Source of the DNA: Catajapyx aquilonaris
Lineage: Eukaryota
DNA: 64,000 nucleotides
Assembly: GCA_000934665.2 (NCBI GenBank)
Contig: KZ537994.1
Coordinates: 62,001-126,000 of the forward strand
Direction of reading: 5' to 3'
Below the pieces are notes generated by a model. It did not search any database. It saw only the letters and a program-made list of their open reading frames with translations, and was not told the origin of the DNA. Numbering within the stretch: position 1 is the first letter of the stretch; each line of letters opens with the position of its first letter. Position numbers and translations under genes: made by a program. Shown here in pieces: positions 40,333-50,931 of the stretch.

Positions 40333-40430
40333 GGGTGGAATTTTCGCCCAACTGCTAGTTACTGCTAACTTAGCAGTACCAGTGTTGGCTAAGTTAGCAG
40401 TAACTAGCAGTGGGACGAAAATTCCGACCC
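40333..40430. mobile_element. Short palindromic MITE (same family as 52052-52159)
   Basis: Arms gggtggaattttcgcccaactgctagttactgctaacttagc / gctaagttagcagtaactagcagtgggacgaaaattccgaccc. Confidence 0.7.
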
Positions 40431-40776
40431 TGTGATTCTGTGATTTGACTGACATGCCTTGCTTACTTGTTTACCACTAGCAGAAGTGTAAGGCATGTGC
40501 CGTGCCAACTTTTCTTCTGCCGTTACTACCCTTCACAGCCAAGTACACCAATGTACCGCATACATTTCGCGACATTTCGCAATATCTTTGCACCCGTGCC
40601 AGATATATCCGTTATGCCACACACAGCTGCACTTGTGCACTTGCAACCCTCCCGCATCATCACACATCACTGGCAACCTGACAGCACGCATACATCACAG
40701 CACACGCGACAAAAACTCTTATGTAAAAGTCTGCCCCCCGATGGCGCCAAGATGTCGCATCGTGCATTTATTTTAC

Positions 40777-41390
40777 CTGGCCGCCGCTTCCCTGGTCCTG
40801 TCCAGCAGCCCTTGTCATCGCCTCCACTTGCAGACAAACACACTAGAAAATCCTCGGGAAAGCAGTACGATGGAAAATGCGACGAAGGGTCGTCCAGTGG
40901 GGCTCGGGAAAGGTTACGAACAACTGCGAATCAGGTGTTCACGTAAACAAACGGGGGTGGTCAGATGGAGGGCGCCACACACGGGGCAGGCGGGAAAGTC
41001 GTCTGGCCACACTGCTACGGGGGGGAAGGAGCAGGAGGAGGATGGAGGACAAGGCTCCTCCCCACCACTGGGAATGAATAGAACGGGCACGGAACGGGGG
41101 GAGAGAGAGACAGTTCACCTGAATGTAAATCAGAGGATGGGTATTGTTAGCATCGCGAGTTCTTTTGCTTCATTTGTCCCTTTGGAGGCGTCCAAACAGC
41201 GGCTACTCACGGGCCAGAAGCGAGCCAAACGAGGAAGGATTAACCCGACCCCTTGCCTTTGCCACTCCCCCGACCTTCTGCCTCCTGTCTCGTGCCCCCA
41301 CCGCGCAACTCGCGACCCCTCAAAGCCAACCACAACCCTCAAAACTGCGATTCAAATAACCGCTACTGTAATCCGCTACGCACAATGGAT
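40777..41390 (-). promoter_or_regulatory. Probable WNK promoter and non-coding first exon (CpG-rich)
   Basis: CpG/GC-rich segment upstream of the first coding exon, with a minus-strand donor CCAG|gtaaaa ending the exon at 40777. The transcription start position is inferred, not seen. Confidence 0.45.
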
Positions 41391-41392
41391 GC

Positions 41393-41722
41393 CACCCTAA
41401 CTTGCCATTGACGTCATCGTTTTGAGTTGCCAATTCATATAGTTCATGGAAATCTGCCGAATGCACCCCCTTGGAACCTCCGCTCTTTTTAACTTTTCAT
41501 GGAGATGTCCCACTGATTGAGATGCCCTCTCATTCAACAATAAGAATAGTATATAAACACTGTCAACAAAAAGAACGCTTATTTTTACTCATATTGTGTG
41601 AGGGCATTGTTTTCACTGGGCATTTCCATAATCTTCCATAATAAGGGGTGAGTTCGGCAGATTTTCGATGGCTAGGAACGAATTGGGAAACAAAACGATG
41701 ACGTCAATGGCAATTTAGCGTG
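41393..41722. repeat. Inverted-repeat element with about 80-bp arms (unclassified, transposon-like)
   Basis: caccctaacttgccattgacgtcatcgttttg... pairs with ...caaaacgatgacgtcaatggcaatttagcgtg; no TSD found. Confidence 0.8.
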
Positions 41723-41847
41723 CGGATTCAAACGAAACGGCGATCTGACGTTATCAAGGTTTCCATGGAAATACCCTCATATGAGCGGAAAACGAGAGAA
41801 CTATATATGACGTCATCGTCGTTTCTTCAATATTGTTGCTTTTTGTT

Positions 41848-42208
41848 GACACTGTTTACTCATACTGTCCTGTGAGGGTATTTCCACGGAAATTTTGATG
41901 ACGTCTGATCGTTCTCTCATTTTCCGTACATTAAACAGTAGCAACAAATAGCAACAATGTAATAATAAACGATGACGTCAGATTGCCCTTTGGTTTTCCG
42001 CACTTCATACTGGCCGAACGGGGCCCCGTTAAGTATGAACTGCGGAAAACCAAAGGACAATCTGACGTCATCGTTTATTATTACATTGTTGCTATATTTG
42101 TTGCTACTGTCAGACTACTGTTTAATGTAGGCTACGGAAAATGAGAGAACGATCTGACGTCATCAAGATTTCCATGGAAATACCCTCACAGTAACAATAT
42201 GAGTAAAC
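41848..42208. repeat. Near-perfect palindrome of about 360 bp centred on aacggggccccgtt (42017-42030); right arm interrupted by a LINE and resuming at 42938-42955
   Basis: Arm matches such as tgtgagggtatttcc / ggaaataccctcaca and gcaacaatgtaataataaacgatgacgtcagattg / caatctgacgtcatcgtttattattacattgttgc. Confidence 0.85.
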
Positions 42209-42937
42209 TTTATTACAAAAACAATAGCCCTGCCGGAGGAAAGATGGAGTAGAATGGCACTGTGTTGGCTGCTTGATTCGCAGGAGGAACTGCAATGGGC
42301 GAGGTCGGTCAGAGAGTTGTTTTGGGCTGCGGGCTTTTCTTGGAAGGCCTGGCTGACAAATGGGGAAGTTCTTAATAAAGGAGTACTGGTTAGAAATTTT
42401 ATTACTTCCCTGATGGAATCAGACAGAGCGCAGCTCCAAACATCGGCCCGGTATAAATATTACATTGATCTTTCGCCAGATATTGGTCTTGCCCAATATT
42501 TTTTATACTCTCTCCCATTACCATATGTTCGGTTAGTGACCAATCTTAGGAATGCATCCTACACTTTTTATGTCAAAAATTACAAATTTAGTTTTCCCCC
42601 GGGCACTAACTGCACACTTTGCAACAGCAGCGAAGAATGGTCCCTGCACCACTTGATTTATGATTGTCATTTTTCATACGGAATAAGAAGGGCAAGACTT
42701 GGAGGGATTCCAAATCTTCCTCCAGATAAGATTCATTTATTGTTTTCATCCATGCCAGTGTATGCAATTCAGCAAATTTATGCCTTTTTTTCACTTTTGG
42801 TGGCGAGACTGCAATTCTGTGACATTGTACTTTGAACACAAGGGTTGGTGATTTATTTGTAGAAAAGTGGGGAAGTCTTCCCCGATAATGCCTTCGGGCG
42901 CAGTGGGAATAAACATATTATTATTATTATTATTATT
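42209..42937 (+). mobile_element. 5'-truncated non-LTR retrotransposon (3' end of ORF2 with CCHC-type zinc knuckle)
   Basis: ORF 42254-42835 contains CTLCNSSEEWSLHHLIYDC; AATAAA at 42908; (TTA)n tail about 42918-42938; TSD atatgagtaaac at 42197-42208 and 42938-42949. Confidence 0.85.
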
Positions 42938-44309
42938 ATATGAGTAAACAGTGTCGATGAGCTCATGATTATTCAAAACACCTTTTGCAAATAATCTTGC
43001 TCTATTACAGTACTGGATTGAGGGAAATAGAACATTGTAGATAATGTAGAATAATTATACCTCTGCAGCCAAGATTGATGATGCCACTAGTGGTGAAGAT
43101 AAGTCGCGGTGATTTGGTAGCGGCGACGTGAGTTGCGCCTTCCTGTTCCGAATATGCCCGAAATGTCCGAGGCAGGATTGCCAGACCTTCCGAATTGGAA
43201 AGTGTCGTCTGCTTTCGTTTCCCCCCTCCCCCGGTTCCGTTCCACGCAGCGCCTCTGCTGGAAACTGTGAATTAATATTGAGGGATTAATTCACAGTGTT
43301 CCCAATAGTAGAGTCAAGGACAGAACCCGATTTGTACAGATATAGCCTGCTGATATAGCGGACTATTTTAAATCCAGGCTTATACAGCTAGGTCTTACGG
43401 AATCTAAAGTTCGTGCGACCTTGAGAAGGAGAGGTGAATACTATTGCGTTATCCGGGCGGATATAAGTATAGTGACACTATAGCGGTAATAATAATATTG
43501 AGTAGCTGACTAGCTGTTAACCATAAACGAAAAAAATCACGCCAAATGACACTAACTTGTCTTCTAGAACACAAAAACCGCTGCAAAGGAACACAGATGA
43601 ACATGCAGTGCATGCACTATTGACGCCCGGTTTAGTTAATCCAACACATTATGATTATAGATCCAATAAAATCTGAGCATTTTTCAGTGCATGAAAATCC
43701 GTGTCTATGGCATGCGTTAAATCACTTCCTCACTTCCAATTTTTAAAAACTCATAAACACTGATATTCCAGCAAGATTAGCCTCCTATAGTTATTCGCTG
43801 ACTACTCCTTATAGAGAAATGTGTCGTGAATATGATGATGATGACGATGAAGAAAAGATGGTGGTGATTATGAGCCTGTCAGCACATACACTACGCTAAC
43901 AAAGTAATTACTATCAGATGACACGTTGCTCTGAAAACTATAGTACTGTATGACTGAATGCGTTTAATTATTATAATTCAAATATGTGTCGCAAGAAAGT
44001 GGCATTGATAAATGATGATGGGAGCTTCCTTATGGCCCTGAACGCACTGTACACGTAACCATTTATATTGAGGTAACAATCAGCAATCTTTCACAAATGT
44101 GCAACAAATGTCCTTCGAATCTGCTGCTGTTAGAGCGACGGACAGAATGCGACCTCTACAATAAGATGCTCCCATTAAACCAAATGTGGCTACCAAATTC
44201 CATTTGCAAGTTTTTAAAATCGCTTTTACCTGTGCATAGTTTCAAATTAATTGCTTAAGCATTGAAAACTAATTTATTGTTGGCTGTTTCATATACCGAC
44301 GACACGAAC

Positions 44310-44405
44310 GCGTTTCCAATATGGCGGCGCACACTAAGCTGTTATAGCTGTTTCTTTATGTATTAATATCTGTTCCCCGTTATTTAGGTTATTATCGATA
44401 ACTTG
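44310..44405 (+). promoter_or_regulatory. Probable core promoter of the SMIM29-like gene
   Basis: YY1/Pho-type AATATGGCGGC at 44318-44328 and DRE TATCGATA at 44393-44400 in a CpG-richer patch about 700 bp upstream of the ATG; 5'UTR acceptor tttcag ends at 44997. Confidence 0.45.
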
Positions 44406-45091
44406 TTGTTGCAAAAGGTGGTCGGCACAGCAAACGTGCGTAGTCAGGCAGCTTACACAGGTGCTGTAGAGGACTCCAGGACGAGTAGCCGAGCTGGTAA
44501 CATGGGTTTGGTAAATATGGGTGGGTCGGGCTAAAGTGTGGCCTGAGAATGGTCTGATGTCTAGGGCCTGACACTCCCCTGAAACTTGACTCTTGTGACC
44601 TTCAGTTGTCGACAGGTGCATGGAAGGCAGTGGTGTGTATGAGCATAACTTTAAAGTCGAACTGACAGTTGACACTTTGTGCGCAGTGCCAGTGCATTAG
44701 GTTAGGCACATTCTTTCCCTATGTCTTATGATGCATGTCGTACCTCGGTTTGAGAAGCAGTCGACGCTTTCAACTCATCCCGGTTGGGCCATTCCTGTTG
44801 ACACATCTCAGGAAATTAATCTTAGTCATACAGTGTATTTTGTGTCACTGTCACATTATAGTGGCAGTGATGCACTTTTAATCATAAGAACTAGTTAGAT
44901 TTTTTTTTCTTCTAAATAAATAAGAAATATCTGGAATGCTGGTTGCCTCAGTTGCTTTGTTAGGTGTGTTCTAATTTTTTAAAAACAAACTTTCAGATTT
45001 GGAGGTCCTACGATGGTGGTCTTGAAACTGGCTGGTGCAAGCAGTAGCAGTGGTGTCTTCAGTGCGAGGGTGTGACAAACAAGCAGCCAAC

Positions 45092-45893
45092 ATGACTTCC
45101 CGCAACATAACGACTACTAGTACGCCATCAACCATGTCCACCCCAACATCGCCATGGCCATCCCCAGGCAGTGATGCTACCATCGTTAGCTCTACACTGC
45201 CAGTTATAACCACTTCTTTGCCCACAGCAGAAAGTGGTGATGATGGGCTGTCTTCCTCCACCTCCTCCTCGTCTTCCTTGGCACTCCTGCTCATTCCTCT
45301 AGGTGTAGTCCTGGTCCTGATAGCACTCTCTAGTCTGATATTTCTTCTGGTGCGCAAGAGAAGGCTGGACAGGCTCAGGCACCACCTCATGCCTCTGTAT
45401 AACTTCGACCCACAGGAGGAAGGAGAAGACTGGGAGTCTGAACTGCTAGAAGAGGGAATGGATCATCGACAAGCCGCTTCCAGAAAGGTCAGGTTTTGTC
45501 AGTTTATTGTCATATCAACTGTGGCCATGTCAATCTGACAAACATGCTGAGTCACCATTTAAAAAATCATTTCATCCGGCACTTGCCCCAGACTGCATAA
45601 TTTATTGGAAGTGGTCATTATTATTGTGCATGTATTGTACTCACTATTTTGAGGAAAAAGAAAGTTCTGCGCTCAATAAATGATCCAAATGCAGTGTAAC
45701 GTGCCTAAATCTGAGTTGCGCCATTTTGAACTGGTGGAGACTACATGGCTGAAGTGCAGTGAAAACGGTCCTTCAGGACTAAACAAAAATTCTGTATTAC
45801 ATGCAGGTTTTACATAAGCTTATAATTTCTTCAATTCAGAATGGTCAGCATCAGCCAAAGTTATCCTTCAGCCGTGACTCAGATCCGTACTGA
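45092..45893 (+). CDS. Small single-pass membrane protein, SMIM29/C3orf18 family (2 coding exons, 149 aa)
   Basis: Exons 45092-45487 and 45840-45893 (phase 0). S/T-rich N-terminus, TM segment LALLLIPLGVVLVLIALSSLIFLLV, then the family motif RKRRLDRLRHHLMPLYNFDPQEE..WESELLE. Which of the two vertebrate paralogues it matches cannot be decided by eye. Confidence 0.8.
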
Positions 45894-48466
45894 CTAGTGT
45901 GGATTGAAGATGCAGAGGAGTGATGAGGTGGTGACCAGTTCTCCCCGCCTGCAAAACAAAGGAACTCTTTTCACTGGCCTGTTGTCCACGTGTGGCAAGT
46001 CAGTCTGGAATTCTGTTGGTGAGGGTGCTCTTTGTCACTCACATCCTTTTGTGTATATGTATTATATTCAGTTAACCATTGCTAGTCCTTAAAGAGTGTG
46101 CCTCAGGAATATCAGTCAGTTTGACAGACTCACAAGTCAGTTGTTTTTGATTTTTGTGGTAGGTACAGTATGTAATATTATTTTAATGGCCTTGGGAGTC
46201 TGTGATCGAAACTACGGTACTGTATTGCTTTATTAGGCATCCTTTTCCCGTGTGCATCTACCCTCATTTATGGTACCTGGTCTCAAAATGGGCAGTGCTA
46301 GTCAAACGTGGTGGTGTACATTTCCTCCGCAGCACATCTGCCCGTTTCTGTTAAAAATACACGCAATTAGATCTAACATATCTGTAGCTGGAGTCCAGGC
46401 AGTCTTTTGTGTCCATGTCATGGTCTTGTTCTGCTCATTCATTTTTCATGTTTACCTCGGAAGGAGAATTAAAGCGTGACATATATTTTATTAATTTTTA
46501 AGGTTCATCAATATCACCATAGGTAGCTGAGTTGCTTGAATTATTGGCTGTGAACTCATTGTAACATTTTTCATGCCTTCTCTTAGGATCCATTCATAGA
46601 GACAGTTGTATACAGAGATTTGTCATTCACTTGACCGAATGTCCTATTCGTATTCACCTTGTTCTGCCAGGATCTTTTGAAATGGGATTAGGGTGGTCCT
46701 TTGTGCCCATCCTGCAAGACGCACGATAGAACTGGACTGTATAACAACTGACATGGCTTATGGACTCTTGAAAGAAGGATCATGTCAAAGTCACAGCCAT
46801 TGCAAGACAACCACTTCACTCTGAATATAGAATCATCAGAACTATCAAGGGTGTGTGCAACTGTATTTGTGCAATACTTTTGATCTCTTGACCATAAGCA
46901 AGTCAATCTCATTAATATTCTTAAGGTAGATTAATTTCTGAAGGAAATGGAGGTGATCCTTACACAGCCATTATTGTAAGGCTTCGGTAACCAATTATTA
47001 TAAAAGACTTGGTGAAACTGCCATACATTAAGGTAAGTTTTCTTATGTATGCTTTCATACAGTGGGCACACAGCCAACGTGGTAGTATTATTAGACCTTG
47101 TCATAAGACTTCAGCATGTGTATTACAAATCATTGCTTGCATTTTATACTGTGCACATTGCATGCCAGTCTATGTTCACATAAATGAAAGAAACTGTTTA
47201 AAAAAATTCACAATAAATCACCAATGACATATTTGTCTTGGATAGGGTATTCTCTTGGCTGTGGACTGTACTTCTGCAACACATCGTAGCTTTGAGTAGT
47301 ATATTTATAACTAGAGACCACAACAGTGATAGACAATGATTGATCTCAAAGTCAGTCTGTTACAAAAGATTATGGAAATTGTGTTCTGAGAAATTTGAAT
47401 CTTGTCTTGGAAACATTATTTTGATCCACAACACCTACACATTTTTTAAATTTTTATTGTAATTGGTTGAGTATTGGAGAGAGATCTTGACTTCTTTTAC
47501 AGAGATTCCAGAAAGATACTAAATGCTTTAATATCAGCGCCCTAATTTTAAAAATATTTTCAAAAACATGGAAACTTGCTGCATTCATGTACACATGTGA
47601 AATCTAGTACAGTATTTATACTCTTTTTTTTTTTTAATGTGCATCTCACAGTTTTCGAAGTTTATTGAATCTCTGCATGTGCACACTAGTGCACCTGTCA
47701 CATATGCATAACCTGTCTCAATGTTTTTAAAAATTACTGAGTTAAATTATGAAGGTAATGTACTATAGAATACTCATGGTTGGGACCTGCTTATGACACC
47801 GACTCTGGTGTGTGAATTAATCTGCACATTGGAAGCAATGGGAAAGGCCATCATATGAATGGCATTAATTTTATGTAGCAACATAAGCCAGAGGTATTTG
47901 ATCAAGAACAAGAAGCTGTGCTATGAGATCTGCTTTGGCTGCTGCGTGAAAACAATAGATTAAGAATGTGTGACTGGCACAATACTCGGCCCACGTAATA
48001 ACCTTGATATTAGTAACCTTGTGGATAATATTCGATGTAATCCTACCACCTTTTATGGGATGTCCTATGGCTGTGGTTCCTGCTTGTTCAAGCACAAGTC
48101 ATGTGACTAGGAAACTCACTTGGAGAGACCTAGTGGCCTCTCAAATAGTCATAACTGGCTTACAGATAGTTTTTGAGGCATTTTTGACTGGCCATAAACT
48201 AGTGAGAACAGCTCAACATCACTTGATCTGTAATCTGCATTGGTAAATTGATTTGTGTTAACTCGGATGCTGCATTGATGATGTTAGCCCAAGGCTGAAA
48301 ATAAATACCTGCAGACTCTGGGTTGCACTTTGGAACATTTCGGAGTTACGAGCAAAAAGAATGTCACTCTTTCATATCCAAATGCATGAGAAGCTTGAAT
48401 TATGAGGTCTTGCTGATAATTTTTGCCTCCATGCACGTAGCACTTTGAATACATGTCACAGGACAA

Positions 48467-49228
48467 TGTGGGTGACATCAATAATGTAAGCCTGGAATCT
48501 CCTCTTCAAAACCATATACTTAATTTTGTATGTATCCACCCCCAACAGCAGTAGGCGTAGACTTGCGCCAACAAAGTACTAGTTTTCTCCTCTGGTCGGT
48601 GAACAGCAGCCTCAACTTCTGCATTGGAACTGTACCAATGTCCCTTCAGGTGTGTTTTCATTTATGGAGAAATAAAGGAAGTCGCAGGGCACAAGATATG
48701 GGCTGTAGTCTATGTGGCAGATGAGGAAGTGCAGGGAATTTGAGTCTCTGGAGAAGGTGTCGTGCATGTCGAGTACCTGACTGGTCACAAACCTGTGAAT
48801 TCTGAGGTGCATGTGGACATCTTGTGGAGGATTTAGGCATGCGTGAACAGTATGCGACGGAGAAAGGATGTCATTGTTCACCACGATAATGCTAAACCAC
48901 ACTGCAAAAGTGCAGGTGCCCTCCAAAGACTCAATGTCCCCGTATACTTCCTCATCTTGCATAACAGCCGGTATATTGTGCCCTGCGACGTCTTTCTTCT
49001 CCAAAAATGAAGACACGTGTGAAGGGCAATCGGTACAGTTCCAATGCAGAAGTTGAGGCTGCTGTTCCCGCTTGGTGCCTCTCCCACAGCCATGAGTTCT
49101 ACGCTGACCGGAGGAAAAAACTAGCACATTGTTGGCCCAAGTTGACTGCTGTTGGTGGTGGTTATGTAGAAGAGTAAATATATAGTTTTGAAGAGGACAT
49201 TTCAGGCTTTCATTTGACGTCACCCTCA
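48467..49228. mobile_element. Decayed mariner derivative made of two inverted transposase 3' ends
   Basis: Plus strand has HHDNAKPH and a KGNRYSSNAEVEAAV-like segment; minus strand has YSPYLVPCDF (mariner YSPDLAPxD). Arms match, e.g. aacagcagcctcaacttctgcattggaactgtacc / ggtacagttccaatgcagaagttgaggctgctgtt; termini tgtgggtgacatcaa / ttgacgtcaccctca. Confidence 0.8.
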
Positions 49229-50931
49229 TTAACCTGTGACATGTATTAAAAATTCTATGCACATGGAGGCAAAAATTATGAGCATGCCCTCGTATTAGAA
49301 TTATTAATGGGAAGTAGTATCGTAAGAGCATCACTTCAACAATTAGTTCTCTCTATACTTGCACCGCAGCAAAGGACCATGTTGTTTTGCTCAGAACAAC
49401 CTTATCCAAGTTGCAACGTACTAAAAGAAGTTAAAAGACACTTATCCTCCAAATTGCTAACTATGCCAGTTATATGCCAATTTTTTAGAGGCCACATTGT
49501 GACTCCATTCTTGTCAGTCCCTGTTACCATAACAATCTGGATGCTTAACTCCTGGTTAAGAAGAAAACCAGTTTTAATTTATTCTTGTTGCAGCTCAAAA
49601 GATACATTGAGATTTTTTTTTTTTGTTATTATTATGGTAGGCTACTTACAGTATGTTCCAGCAGCCTTTAGAATTGCCAATCAGTCAAAGAAGACCAGCC
49701 TGCAGTGTCTTCAGAGTGATACAGTACTACTTAAGAGTGTTCCCCGCATTGACCTTTTTATATGTGAATCCCATTTGTCCAATAAACCTGTTTTTCATGT
49801 ATTTTAACACCGATTGTTACTTATTGATCAGATTTGACCAAGTTCTGAAGAACATGATAGCTTATATTCCTTTGCTGGCAATGAAATTCTGGACTTGGAG
49901 GAGTACCTTTTGCAGAAGACGCTCTGCTTGGATGTGGAACATATAAATTCACCGCCCACTATAGTCTCTTTATATTTATTATTGCTCGCATATGAATTAT
50001 GATCACACTTACACATGATCAGATCAATTGTTGAGGCAGAAAAGTACCCCCAAAAAAACCCTGATGTAAATGAAAGCCCCCAAACTCCGCTATCGACTTC
50101 AATTATACACATACATATATCCATTGCATGGATTGCGGAGATGGGCATCAGACACTTTTGGATGATGATCTCTCTTGTTCAACAAGAAGCAAATTGGCGA
50201 TCAACTCCTGGTTGATCAGCTTGTGTTATGAGGCATCATAAGATCAGAGTGGAGGATGTGGAAATGAAGGAGCAACGGTCGAGAGCGAAATTAGTGGCAG
50301 ATGAATCAAAAGGATTGGTGCCACCTACTGGTAGGACAAGAAAGCTCCTCACTCGTGAGACCACTACACGTCTGATGTGTGCATAGATAGCCAGATAGTT
50401 GCTTTGGTTTCTTCCCAATCAAACATAAAAACTTGTTTAAATCCACTGCCATTCAATTTTCTTTTTCTTTTGTTGGTGTCACAGTCTTCCTATTGCTGGC
50501 TATGTAAGGAATTTGAGCCTCGGAAGAGCAGGTACTGGCTGGTACTGGACAAATAAATCCATCACTATCAAGGATTTGTTGGTCATGCCCAATTCACACC
50601 CATCTATGCATCTCATACATTTACATCCCAATAATTTGCTTTTTCCATGCATGGTCTCAATGCATTAACTTTTATTAGTCAAGTTTATTGATTCAGATTG
50701 TGCTTGGGATGGCACAGAAAAATGCATTTTCAACAACCACCTTATTTCCCAGCAGTTGTAAACAAGTTCAGGGTTGTTTTTTCGGTACTTTTCACACCAT
50801 TGAAACGATAAGTATGTGATCCCTGAAAATATATGCCTTAAGGCCACCTGAACCTTCTTATATGTCACAAAAATAGTTTGTAAATTTTTTTTTGTAAAAA
50901 ACTCTCTCCCAATATATAGTGAGCAGCACCT

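Noticed and set aside
40495..41400. 301-aa plus-strand ORF
   Set aside because: GTG start, no recognisable domain, and it lies in the GC-rich WNK promoter region where stops are scarce.
43264..43298. Hairpin actgtgaattaat...attaattcacagt
   Set aside because: Short AT-rich 13-bp stem with no supporting context.
48612..49334. 240-aa minus-strand ORF as a gene
   Set aside because: Chance frame across a decayed mariner inverted repeat; only a short transposase motif is recognisable.
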